From the NCBI GenBank assembly GCA_964057225.1, contig OZ059896.1:14632001-14696000 (forward strand): 64,000 bases of DNA. The letters are read 5' to 3'. The notes beneath the pieces are model-generated. The model was given only the letters and a program-made list of their open reading frames with translations, ran no database searches and was not told the DNA's origin. The translations under genes were made by a program, and so were the position numbers. This document shows positions 14,601-27,800 of the stretch, piece after piece. Origin of the DNA: Auanema rhodensis. Its lineage: Eukaryota > Animalia > Nematoda. The number at the start of each line of letters is the position of its first letter. The first letter of the stretch is position 1.

Positions 14601-15960
14601 ATAAAATTTCAATCGCTGGTATTAAACATATATCTGTTCTCCCTTTCCTTTCTCTCTTTTTTTATTCTCTCTCCCTCTCTTTCTCTTTTTCTCTCTCTCT
14701 CTCCCTCACTCTCTTTCTTAGATGCATATATATTCCCATAAATCTTTTTTTTTTCTAAAAACTCATAATTTCAACTAATTCATTGGTTTAAAATAAAAAA
14801 AAACTCCAATAAAACGTATTCCTTTCATACTATTTCATGCTAAAATAATGTTTGAAATTGTTAAAACAAATGTCACACAGTCTACAATCTGAATGATGCC
14901 ATTCCGAAATAAAAGATATAATTTTCGTAAATGAGAGGGATATAGAGAGGGGGAATAATATAAGAAATTGGAGAGATACGGATAAGATGAAATAAGAACA
15001 GATGTTTGCTGATAAGAATAGCTTAACATTGGCAATGTGAAAGATAAAAGATGAATCGGAAATACACAAACAATTATTTTTTTTCATCAAAAGTTCAAGC
15101 TTTTCAGTCAAACAGCGCAAACTTGCCAGCTTATCCTATCAGCTTTGTTTCTTTGTAATGTGTGTAAGTTGCCACACACAGACATATGTATACATATAGT
15201 TAGATATATGGATGTATATAGTTATAGTTAGATGTATGCATATATTCATTTGGCTCAAACATTAACACGCATATTCACACTCTACCAACCATGGCAATTG
15301 AAGAAAAACAACACCAGGTGAGGTAGATGGAAGTCTCAAAACCAAAAGACTATAATTTCATTTCTGGCTGCTGCTGTTTCAGCAACTTGTCAGCTTAAGT
15401 TTTCAACTTGAACGATTTTTTTTTAGAAAATCTCATTCAAACTGCTGTTGATGCTTGCAGAAGACATGTTATTTCATCTTCAAATAGCATGTATAGATAC
15501 ATATCCAACGTTATGTTATATATATTTTCATGAGATAATCTTATTTCGTTTAAAGCATCAGAGACTATCATCTTCGTTCTCGTCGTCGTCTGCATCGTCG
15601 TTCTTCATAGTTGGATGTATCTTTAGATGACTCAGACACATCACTACTTTCTAGACAAGATGAGACGAGACGAGACGAAGAACCAACAACGGTATGAAAT
15701 GATCATGAATATGCCTCAGACAGGGAAAAGAAGAAAAGTAGAAGAAAGAGGAAGTAAAGCGGGAGAAATTCATGAAATTTCCAAGAATATAATCCGTTTT
15801 CTTTGTAATATTAAAATGCTTCCTTATACATTTACATTCAAATATCTTTTATACTTACTCGGATGGCTATTGGAGCTTCTGGCATTGGCTGTCTTGAGAT
15901 AGGAACCCATCCGATTGCTGCTGCTCGCGCAAACGGCAGCCATGCTGCCACCGATGCCAT
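9762..15960 (-). CDS. shl-1: Shal/Kv4 voltage-gated potassium channel, 15 coding exons
   Basis: Exon 1 (15960-15859) gives [20 protein letters not shown], the Kv4 N-terminus. T1 domain [39 protein letters not shown] (13592-13088); S4 [19 protein letters not shown]; pore [10 protein letters not shown] (10719-10612); S6 [17 protein letters not shown]; [10 protein letters not shown] motif; ends ..YCVSQL* at 9762. All junctions are GT-AG and phase-consistent. Confidence 0.97.
11557..11603. repeat. (AG)n microsatellite in shl-1 intron
   Basis: Pure AG run. Confidence 0.95.
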
Positions 15961-17703
15961 TACCCAGACTCCAGAACTAAAAAAACAATAAATTAGCTTA
16001 TAAACAGGATGTCAGAATAGAGAGGATATGAAGGTAAGTTGTGAAGATGAAAAAGATTAAAAAAAAGAAACACAAATGTTCAGAAGGAAGGTATGATGAA
16101 GATGATGTGGATGAAGCCGGCGAACGGCCAAATGGCAGACAACGGCACATGTTGTTGCTAAACAATGGCATAAACATTTCTTTTTGAACGAAAAAAAGAT
16201 TATAAAAAAATCAGAATAGCAGATACGATGGGCAGTGGCTACAATGACGAAGATAACAGAAATCATGTGAGAAAAAGAAGTTATGGTGAATGGGATAGTC
16301 ATAGTCTGGTTCGCGTGTATATGTGTATGGATGTGTATATATGTGTATATGTCTCCTGAAGATGCAGATGGCAGAGAAATGGAGCAGAGTGAGGACCTTT
16401 GTAAGGGAGAAGAGGGGCAGGAGGTTGACGACGACGGCGACGACGACAACGTTGCTTCAAATCGTGAGTGACTTTGTGTGAGAAATCATGATTGAAAAGA
16501 ATTCTTTTTTGAGTTTGTTATGGCATTCAGTCAAAATTACAGCTTCTGTTTTGATTTTGGAGATCAACATATCTATCAACAACGTTAATTAAAATTATTT
16601 TAGTAAGTAAAAATAGGTTTTTACTTCAAGTTTTAAGACAAAAACAGTGAGGATAGACTTGTTAACAGAAGATGAGATTAATGATTTAAGCTGTTAATGA
16701 AGAAAAGAGATTTTAAAACACAAAAAAAGAAAAAGAGGGAGAGAGAGAACGAGAAAGGGAGAAAGGGTAGGAGTGAGTGAAGAGAGCATTAACAACAAGG
16801 AAAATGAAATTGAGATTCTAGATTTATGAATAAAATTCAGATAATACATTAGAAAAAAGTACATAGAGTTCATAGAATAACCAAAAACCTAAATGATCAC
16901 AAGGCAGACAAACAGTTGATTGGAAATTCGTCTTTAATTATTCTATGGAATATGTCAATTACACAAACCAGAGTTTGAGCTTTCATAAGGATTTTTCTAT
17001 TTTTTACTCCCCTCTCCCTCTTTCTCTCTTCCCCAACTTCTCTCTCTCTCTATATATATACCTCTTTCAGCAATAACACAGATGAATCTACTCTGTAGTC
17101 AGTTGAGAAGACAAGAAGAATAAAGACAAGTAAAGAAGAACAGACAAGCATACAAGAAAAAGGAATAGGTTTTTCAACTTTAAATTTGAAATTTTTTCAA
17201 TTTTGTCACTTAAATATGTTCAATTATCAATATATTATGTATATGTATGTACATATATGTATATAGTATACGTGTATATGTATATCACAGCAGATATTTA
17301 TGAAAAGTTGAAATATTTTTTGAAAAGAGACTCATCAGAAGTCAGATGCAAATGCACTGATGATGTGAGGACGACGACTTCGTACTCATGTTGTTACTTT
17401 AACTTAGAAAATTTATGACATTATAACTACAAATAGTTTGTTGCTAGTAGTTATGATCAGAAAAGGACTACAACTTTTTTGAGCATAGAATGATGATATT
17501 CTCGATAAAAACTCGAAAGTTTATTCGAAATTCAAGCAATTTTCAGGAAAAATGAGGGACAGAGAGTGAGAGAAGGAGAAGTTTGGATGGAACACTTTCC
17601 TTCTCGTTCTCCGTTTCTCTGTTGCTGTTGATGAAAACTTTTTTTTATCTGTTTAGCAGCTTAGTTTATAAGTGAAAATGCAAACAGAAATATACATGAT
17701 GTA

Positions 17704-17717
17704 GTTACCATGGTAAC
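17704..17717. promoter_or_regulatory. X-box (RFX/DAF-19-type site) GTTACCATGGTAAC
   Basis: Perfect 14-bp palindrome matching the GTTNCCATGGNAAC X-box consensus, ~1.74 kb upstream of the shl-1 ATG. Function is inferred. Confidence 0.55.
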
Positions 17718-20700
17718 AGTAGCCAAAAAAGGATCTGAAGAGAAAATTCTAACTCTTTTCCCTTTATCTCTTTCTCTTTCTTTCCTTATATTTCTCGCTT
17801 TTTATCCATTTGTTGTCATCTAATCGGTATTAAGAGTTAGCTAACATAATCTGGTGAAGTTCTATGATACATACTTTTTGAATTAAACATTTTTGACTAA
17901 AAATTGATAACAAAAGATGAAAAAAGAAATTGAAAAGATAGAAAGAACGAAGGAAATAACTTCAGAGGTAGAAAATGAATAAAACTCATCATATTGGCCA
18001 GATGATGATGGTTCTATTACTCATTGAATATCATTCAAAATAAAATAAAATACTAGATATCAGGTTTATTACTTTTTTTTGAAGAAAATAAGACGACTAT
18101 CCGATAAAGTATGAACATAGGGCGAATGAATGGATTACATATCGCTTTCTCTCCTTCACTTCAAACTTATTTTAGTCGACTTAGAAGTTGAGACGATGTT
18201 GATGATGATGATGATGTTGACATCAATTTCTGGATAAAAGAACAGATTTCTGAAGATGTTCTTAGAAGACAAATCAACTTATTATACGATTTTGTCAATG
18301 AACAAAGTTGAAAATGCTCAAACATTGAACCAGATGATCAAAAAGAATGTTGTTGTATATGATTAAAATCCTGAAGGATTTGTATAAAAGAATCAGCTGG
18401 TATGAAGCCGATCCGAAAAAGTCATGTGAAATACTTTTTCCGGAATATTTTGGCGGCCAAAAAGACGATGACGACAACGAGAAGAGAGTAAAATTGAAAA
18501 AAGGAGGAGAATAGAAAGGCCACAAAGCACAATTTTACATTATAATCTTTAGATTTCACGAAATATAATAAGATAAATTATAAATTTCACATTGAATGAC
18601 TAGTTTGGAGTGGGAAACTGCTGCCCAATGTGATCATGGTCTCTGGTATCAGCAAAAGCAGCAATAGAATGGTTAAGTGATACGGAAAAGTCTATTCTTT
18701 GAAAGGCGAAAAAGAAAGAAAAGAGAGAAAGACAGAGAGAGAGGGAGGGGAAACGAAAGAATTCATCGCCATCATAGTCTCTATTATGAAATATGAATGT
18801 TTAATGTCATTTCGTTAGATTAGGATGAGATTTTTTGGCGCAATAACCCTTTTTTGGCAACTCATAATGAAATATGGATAAGTAATGAGAAAGAGAGAGT
18901 TCATTCTGAACTCTCTCTTTCTCATTTTCTCTTAACCCATCCTAACCCTACCCTTTTCTCTCACTCTCTCTTTCTGTCTCTCTCAATCCCTCTTCTTTTT
19001 TTATTTGTTTCTCTTTCTCTTTCTTTATCTTTATTCTAAAATAGACCAGTAAATTCAGAAGGGAAGGCTGGGTTCGACTGGCTGCCTAGATGTGGCTAAG
19101 AATGGCACCAGCCGATAGGAATTGTCATGGAACCGACGAAAAATATTTTCATAAATGACTTGGGGCAAACAGACAAGGGAGTAAATCACAATTGCTCATC
19201 CTCAAAACCCCTTCTTTGAACTTCTTTGAGCACTTTTACAGTCATTTCTCATTTGGATTCAGAGCAGATGCAGGAAATTATGGGCAGCAGCACAAACATC
19301 AAAAGCTGAAACCCATCGTCTGGGTCATAGAAATAATCAGATTTAAAGGATTTGTTTTAAATGAAAAAAGGTTCAAAAAACACTTCAGAAATCAGATAGC
19401 GAACATATTAGGACATGTTAATACAAAAGCATGAAAAAGAAAAATTAAAAGAATAATCATAATATGGTTTCGAGTAAAAGGAATACAATTTAAAGAACGA
19501 GATGATAGATCAGTGTGCTGGATCTCAGACTATTAGTGGATCTTTCCTTCTCCGCCCATCTGTTTCACCCCCTACTCTCCCTATTTCTCTCACTTACTTC
19601 TGATATCTCTCTTTCTGTTCCTCTCTTCTCTCCTATCAGAATATCTATTGTCTCTATTCCTGCTTTCATCGTTTATCTATATCTACCTGCTCCCGCTGAA
19701 ATGAGCTGAGACTTAAGGGAGACTCGAAGTAGCAGGAAACTGACATTGAGAACAATATGATAGAGATTTCAACGAAACTTGGTGAGAGAGATGGAACTGA
19801 AACTGAGAGATATCAAGGCAAGAGCAAAGAAATCTCGAGGCAACCTAGGAAGAACGAAGTCATTGGGACCATGCGGTCTGTTGCTATCTTTCAGTCAGAT
19901 GACGACTAAGGTCTACGAACGATTTGAGAAGCCAAAATAACTGAGTTAATTGAACATGATTTCAAAGTTCAAGCGTTTCAACAACTAGACAAGGTTCAGA
20001 AAATACGTGAGCATCTACGTGAAAGAGCAGTGTTGAGACGCCTGTTCGAATACATCTGTTCAACAAGATATGCGTCAGAAACAAAGTTGTTGTTGAAGTA
20101 AAATACATCTTTTGCATGGAAATTTCAAGGAAAAAATAAAAAGAAGCAAACCAAAGAATCTTGCTGCAGTAAAACTGCTTAACGAAACATCAAAAAAGAA
20201 AAAAGTAACTGGTTAGGTGAAATAGCCAACAGGACGATCAGCACAGCAACAGCACAAACACCAGAAATCAGAAGCCCTTCAAACGGGAACAACTCAAAAC
20301 ATACATATAAAGGACAAAACAATAACGTGTCACCTTGTTTTGATCCTAATTAACTGTTGTCAATCAGAGAAAAAACAGGAACAACATGAAGTGAGTGTGC
20401 ATGTGTGTGTGTGAGTGTGTGTGTGTCTGTGTGTGGTTTTCGCCACGACTTATGTTTGGGTAAAGCCACCGTTGAGGCGGTGAATGTGAATGATTTCCAC
20501 TAATCCTCAGCTCTCCTTTATATTTAAATCTTATGTAACAAATAAATTGGAATAATTTCGATAAATTTTCATAGATTTTCTTGCAAACAAGAATACATGT
20601 TTATCATAAAAAAACATAAAAAACATACAAATTTTGAGTGAAGTCTTTCTGAAAAATCTCAAAATTTCATCACAAACTCTGAGGATTCAGGAACGACGTT

Positions 20701-21668
20701 TTTTGCACAGAAATAGGCCAGAAAATAGGTTTTTTCCTCTATTATTTTTTTAAAATTGATACGAGATACATTAACTATTGAATGGAAAGGAGCAAAAGCA
20801 GCAAGGAGCACATTAGTTCTAGAAGAATGAAGCAGATAGAAGGAGCAGCTAACGCGAACTAGCCTCTTGATTCAATTTCGGCAAGACCATCACAGAGCAT
20901 AGATAACGACTATTATAGAGTATGAACAGGATGACATTTTTGATGTGAAAGCATAGTTAAGATACGAGATACGTCACAAAATCATACTCAGGAATTCATG
21001 TATACTGAGCATTTAACAATGAACACATATAGAAGGACAGATTTCTTTATTGAAATGTGAATGATAAAGAAGACTAAAGGTAATAGATGGAACGAAGGTT
21101 CACAGAATAGTCAAAGGAAGTTTAAGCAAAACTCTGAAACTGTTGACGACGTGCTGGGGTTCAAAACAACGTTAAGCAGGTCCTTTAGTGAGTAGAATAA
21201 AAGATGAATACGTCACTTAGATCTTCAAAATCGTCTGACTATTCTTACTAACGAATAGTAAGAAAAAACAACAAATTTGACTTTGTTTTTTCTTGCAAAA
21301 TTCAGAAACATCAAACTTCTGCACGGCAAAAAAGATCATGTTTAGAAGTCAAGTCTATTGGAAACTCAAATCAAATTTGTCAGCAGATGTTGATAAAAAA
21401 ACTAATTTCCTGCTGATGAATAAGAGGAATGAGGAATGTAAAAGAGCAATAGGAAGGAGCACAGCTTGATTGAGAATCTGGAAAGTAGTCATCGAGATTT
21501 AGACACAGATGAAATATGATAGCTTCAGATTGGAATGTTGCCAGGCTTTTCCTTAACAGCATGAATAGTAGCAGTAAGCTTAGAGTTCAGCGAGATCGTT
21601 TCAGACAAAAAAAAACAAAATGAGTAAAGTTTTTGTATAATAAGGCAATTTTTAAAATTTATTAAAAT

Positions 21669-21771
21669 AGAGAGAGTGAGAGTGACAGAGAGAGTGAGAG
21701 TGAGAGAGAGAGAGAGAGAGTGAGTGAGAGTGAGAGAGAGAGTGAGAGAGAAAGTGAGAGAGAGAGAGAGA
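21669..21771. repeat. Imperfect (AG)n/(AGTG) microsatellite
   Basis: AG run interrupted by GT. Confidence 0.92.
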
Positions 21772-24578
21772 ACAAATTATGATAATGATCCAAGTGATTA
21801 AACTGAGAGGTAAATATAGAATAATGAATGAACTATAACGACCACATTATTGCTTTAGGATTATCATAAAGCTTTTTAGAAGATTTAACCTTCAAAAAAA
21901 CAAAAAAAATGTCTTCTTCTCTCAAATCATGGTAACGTCAGCAATAGCAGTAGCAGCAAATGCAGAAGCGGTAACAACAAAAAAATCTTTAAAGAGTCCC
22001 CTCGCCCCTCAGCCGCTGTATGTAGATAGACATATGGAGAACCTTTAAAATTGCTGTTTTACTCGAAAAATAAAAGTAAATATGGGAATAAAAAGCAAAA
22101 TTAAATATAATTAACTATACTTTTGTTCAATAAGTTATTCCGATCAGAATAGAATAGAAGATTTACAGGAAAAATGAAAGTAAACGGAAAAGCAGAAAGA
22201 CGAGAGGAAAGCAGACCGAACGAATAAATTGGCGGTGAAAATGGATAATTAACCAAATACGGATGCTACTATTACTTGTTCTCTTTTGAAAAGCAATATT
22301 TATTGAGAACAATAGAAAGATTTTTAAATGGAAAATTGAAGGTTAGAATGTGCAAAGAAATAGAAATAATATTCTAAGAAGAGGTGTAACTATACAGAAA
22401 CAATGCACAATATAGCAAGATGAAAAAGGGAATGAGACAAAACATTATATAATAAGAATAAGTATAAGATGAATTAAGAAAGGAAGAAATTGAAGATGAA
22501 GCAAGCAATGGAAAAGCAGAAGCATTTATAGTAATAGTACTAGAGTAGTTGTAGTAGTAGTAGTAATAGAAGTAGTAGAAAAGGATATAAAATCTTTGAA
22601 AGCTATGCTGAAAACTTCTCTTGGGGGGTGGTGTGGGAAGGAGAAAGAGAAAGAGAAAGAAGCATAGTATATTGATAGATATAATAATAATACATTAGTA
22701 AATTAACAAAAACATATAATTAATAATAGTATATATATATATATATATATATATGGTTATTCGGTAAATTGATAAGAGCTAGTAAGCTGAGGCAACAACC
22801 ATTTCCCGCATTTAGTCGCAAACAAATGAAAATGATTTGCTTGAGTTGCGCGTGAAAAAAAATAATTTCCATATTTGTATGTAAAAAGCATAAGATATAT
22901 ATAGAAAGAAAAAAATTGAGTTTGATTAGTAGAGGTAATAAAAACGTTGAGAGAGAAAGGAGGAGGGAAGAGAAAGAAGAGAAGGAGGGAGAGAGAGAGA
23001 TAATGGGACGAATAAGCGAAAAACAAAGCATTGCTGAGAAATTTAAATCGATTCTCACTTCTTATTACAAAAGTAATAGGCGATATAAGCATAAATGTTA
23101 TGAACGATTGAACCATCCATAACCTAAAAGACGGAAGATGATGTCACGTTGCTCGCGGGGGTCAAGCGTTTGAGCTGACAAATGTTTTTCTCGTGGCCAT
23201 TTTTTCATAAATTTCAATGTGAGTAGACGGAACAGGGTTACTTATTAGCTTTTAAAGTCTTTTTCAAAGTATTAGATAGACTATATTTTGTTTCAATTAT
23301 TTTCTTCTGTATTTTTAATTTTACAGAAAAAAAGATAAAGAAAAGCTTGATGTGATGAAAGAAGTATAGTCATGAGTTATAGGAATGGAAAGAGTAATGT
23401 GAAAGCCGATGAATATGAGAATCATAATGATGATGTCATCGATACTGATTTAAAGCTTGAACTACATTAAGACATTATTACAGATATGGGCATAAGAGAG
23501 AGAGGGGGGAGGGGTGAGAGATGAGAGATATATAGAGAGAGATGATAAGAGACAGAGATTTTAAAAGACAAAAGAAATAGCTCGTAATATAAAGAGGAAT
23601 AGAAGAAAAATAAACTTTTCAAAATTGAACGAAATAGCTCGTTTTACTGAGAATAAATTAGAAAGAAAGAAAAACAAGCGAAGAGACGAAGATGATGTAA
23701 GTGAGTTGGATAGCTTACGCGTCTGCTGTTGTGCGTATGTGTGTGTGTGAGTAAGGACGATTTTCATGGAAGAATGATATTAATAATTGAAGAGATGCTG
23801 AGTGGCTTCTCACAAGAAGGGATAACAAGAGGACCGAAAAAGGGAAAAGCCGCCCTCAGCCTTCCTAAAATTTTCAGTTCCGATAAAAGCAGAGAAACAG
23901 AGAAATAGATGAGAAGAGAAGGTCAGTGAGAATGAAAATGAAGGAAAAAAATAAAAAGAATGAAAGAGAGAAATTGGAACAGAGAGAAAAAGAGGAGAAA
24001 AGAAAAAAAGAAAATGGAAGGGAAAGGCTGTGCGAGAAAAAGCTGATGCCGGTCGCGCTTGCAATAAGGGAAGCCAGACTGCTAGCTGGTCCCAGACCGA
24101 TCGTCTCTGTGATCCCATGGACTCTCGTGCCAAACTCTATATGCACGGAATTTTTTGAGCTTTGAGAAAGGCAACATCATTTAAAAAAAAGGAGGAATGT
24201 GAGAAGATGTAAGTTGAATATGATAGAGAGAAAATGAGTTAAAAAGGACTTGAGGTAGAGAAAAGGAAATGGATATTGAGGGGATGGACAAGGAATGAAA
24301 TACAGAAAGAAGGAGAAAAAGTAAAAAGGAACAGAATGATGAAAAGACAGGACAAGACATGAAAAGAGCGAGAGACATAGAGAAAAAGATATCTACAGTG
24401 AGCACATGGCTGAGAGGGATTAACACTGATAGCTTGAATAACTGTTGAAAAGCATAAAAAACAAGTTATACAGTTTTTCACATCGAAAAATGAAATAAAA
24501 GTACATAAATACGGCAATAAAATGAAAAATAAGAGAAAATTGTCCTTGAACCTCACTTCCTCTATTTTGGACATCTCA

Positions 24579-24580
<2 letters not shown>

Positions 24581-24638
<58 letters not shown>

Positions 24639-24650
24639 TTCTCTCTCTCA

Positions 24651-24681
<31 letters not shown>

Positions 24682-24803
24682 CCTCTCCCTCTCTCTTACT
24701 CTCTCTCTCTCTAACTCTCTCTCTCTCTTTCTCTCTCTCTCTCCCTCTCCCTCTCTCTTACTCTCTCTCTCTCTCTAACTCTCTCTCTCTCTTTCTCTCT
24801 CTC
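24581..24803. repeat. Long imperfect (CT)n microsatellite (~220 bp)
   Basis: Polypyrimidine CT array, opposite in polarity to the surrounding GA-rich + strand; explains ORF 24522-24902. Confidence 0.95.
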
Positions 24804-27800
24804 TTTTCTTGTTCACTTCTACCCTCTCTTTTTTGCTCTTTGCCCTCACAAGCTCCCTTTTTATTCTATCACGCTTCAATACTATCGAATCAGCTGAGCT
24901 GATTTTCAAATAATTATGTTGTTTAGTAACAACATAATAACATATGAAACTATGTTATAATTGAATTGAGTATGATATTGCAAATGTGAGTCATATTTTT
25001 TCGTTCAAGAACTCTATTCCCCAGATAAAATGTTTAAAAAGATCCTTATAGCCTTTTTCTAATGTCTTGCTAAGGGCATCTAGCAAAAGCGTGGACGAAC
25101 CAGCAAACCAAGTAGAAATAACTAAGCGAGATGACTTATGTATGTTGAAGACTGAGACAGCTTTTCTTTCCTAATGGCCTACTAGATTCAGTCATCAAAA
25201 AACGAAGGCTATGCAACAATATATACGAGAATAACAGGCCAGTCTTAACTTTGAAAACGGTGATGATATAGACATCGTTGATACCCTGAACTTCCGGCAT
25301 TGAGACTAAGAACAAATTAATTTCTTCTTTTCTACTTGTTCTAGAGAGTTAGTAAAAGCACAAAGTTGGTCATGGACAAAGCGTACACGCTAAGTTCAAA
25401 GCTCGTAAGTGCATCGTAGTGTCATATATCTAAATAGCTTTTTGAAACAAATAGAATTACACAAGCTATTACTGGTCAGAAGTTATTATTTTTTATGAAT
25501 TTTGAACTTCAAAACTATCCCATTAGAGTTCTAATTTGGTTTATCGTTTTGTTCAAATCTTCCTTAACTCTCTTTCTCATTCTCTATCTTTACTAGAGCT
25601 ATCTTATTTTTTTTTGTTGGCCAGCGCACTCAAAAAAAACAATTTTTTTCTGTTAAATTAGTTTTGTAGCATGTGAATTAAGTGATTAGTATTATTTCAT
25701 TGTTCAGCCACATATGTATGTGTTTTTTCTTCATTTCAGGGACATCTGAAGCTAGATAAATGGAAAAGAGGAAGAAAAAATTTACATAAGAGGAGGCTGC
25801 TTGGGAAAAAATGACTCAAGCCCAACTAATGAGTCTATAGCTGTTCCACGGTAGCCAAGATGTATCACAGAGAAAGAGCGAGAAAAAAAAGAAGGAAGAC
25901 GGCATAAAGAGAAAAGATAGCAAAGGAGAAATAGAGTAAAACCAATTGTATTTCTAACTCTGAAGGCCAAGCGATCAAACGCCAATAAGGAAATGCTTCT
26001 TAAGATAACAAGTTAGTATTTTCGGAGAAAAACTTGAAGCAAGTTCAACTGTTAGCATCTTCGTTAATCTCATCGGTCAAGTGACTTAAGGCTGTATGAG
26101 ACGATGATATCTGATTAAATAGAATGTTCAGACTTCATAGCATTATGTGGCTCATCACATCCAAGTTATACTTTTCACTACGTCCGATCTTGGCTTATTC
26201 TACGTAATTGGATAGGCACACAGCTGGTCCAGAGGGCATTACGGCTCATTCAGCTGCTGCTATTCTCAGTTATTCTCCTCACCTCATCCTCTTCTGCACT
26301 CTCTCTATATTGCTTGATCTCTGCTAGTCTCTTAGTTATATTCTCTCACATTCTGATTCGCCTGACACCTCTACTTGGGATGAGGCACACCAAGCTTTAA
26401 TAATGCTTCTGCCATCGCGTCTCTTCGGTGTCTCAGCCATCATTCAGTTCAACTCAGTTATACTTCTCTAAAAGATTAGCAATGCCCTTTGATCATATGA
26501 GAGCACATAGCATTGATGCGAACAAGAGGCAATGAGTTAACGAAGAATTTCAACTTTTTTATTAAATCTTTCTACTTTCTCCTTAAAAGGGAATAGAAAC
26601 GAATGAATTGGCACGGCATTGATTAGGAAAGGAGAACAAGAAGCTTCTCAAGAATCACGATTCACAAAGCTACGACGTCACAATTCAGAAGTCATTGATG
26701 TCAATTTTCTGTCAACTTTAACTCCGTAAAGAAACTCGATCAAACCTTTAAAAGAAAATAACAGCACATCAACAAGAGGGAGCAGCAAAAGTAGGCAGTT
26801 TGTGAAGAATTACGTATATAACATGCTTATAACGAAAGATTTCTAGTGAATAATTTGGTATTTACTCATCCAGCTTTATATTTTACGATAAAAAAAAGAA
26901 AAAAAAGAAATAAACTAAAAGGAATTATATTTTTCACATATAACTATCACAAAAATACGTGAAAATATAATAAAATTACAATCAATATTACGATATCTAA
27001 GACGATTGTGAACACAATTCTTGCTTCAAAATAAAAGAATGAATTTTAATCTTGAAAAAATCATTAAAGAACTGCACAAATCCTGATAATATGTGCTCTG
27101 AACAATATTCTTCTTAATTAGATGACTTTTCCTTCTTCTTTTTCAGCTTTCATGCAACCACATACATATATACAAATACAAATACATAGCCCATCTGCCA
27201 GCCAACTAATAAGGCCAATCAACTTGGCCGTTCACTCCCTGGAGTTCTACTGTGTTGTCTAGACATAGCCAGTTTTCTTTAACAGATGACCAGTAAAGAC
27301 AAATAGCCTGATTCATTTTCTATTCCTCTGTGCTCAGCTCCAATGATCCGATGGTCGGCAAGAAGCGATGCTGCACAAGAAAGAAGAGGACAAAGATGAG
27401 AGCTGTTTATGACGGCAAACATCAGAACTAGGCCTTGAGTAATGAGAGTCATGAAGAAAAACGAGACGAGCAGCGTCCAATTAGTAAGTCTAGAAGCAGT
27501 AATAGCCAATATCTCAACAACTTAGCTTCTTGCTCACCCATCCATGAGGTCCATTTAAGCATCAGGTCATTGCAACATTTGAATTTATCAAACAAGGAAA
27601 GAATAGAAGTAAAAAAAGGAAGAAGAAAACGACAAGGAATAAAAGAAAAGGAAGAAGAAACACAATTTAAAGAATAGACTAAAATGAAAGATCTAGGGAA
27701 AGAAACTGAATCTCTTGTGAGGCGACGATTCTTGGTGAGAATCTGACGACTGATTCACAACATCAAAAACTGAGGAACAAAGAAACAATCGGCAAGGATT

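Noticed and set aside
15313-15367. TGAGGTAG let-7-family seed in a weak fold-back
   Set aside because: Stem has a large asymmetric internal loop, incompatible with a Drosha/Dicer precursor.
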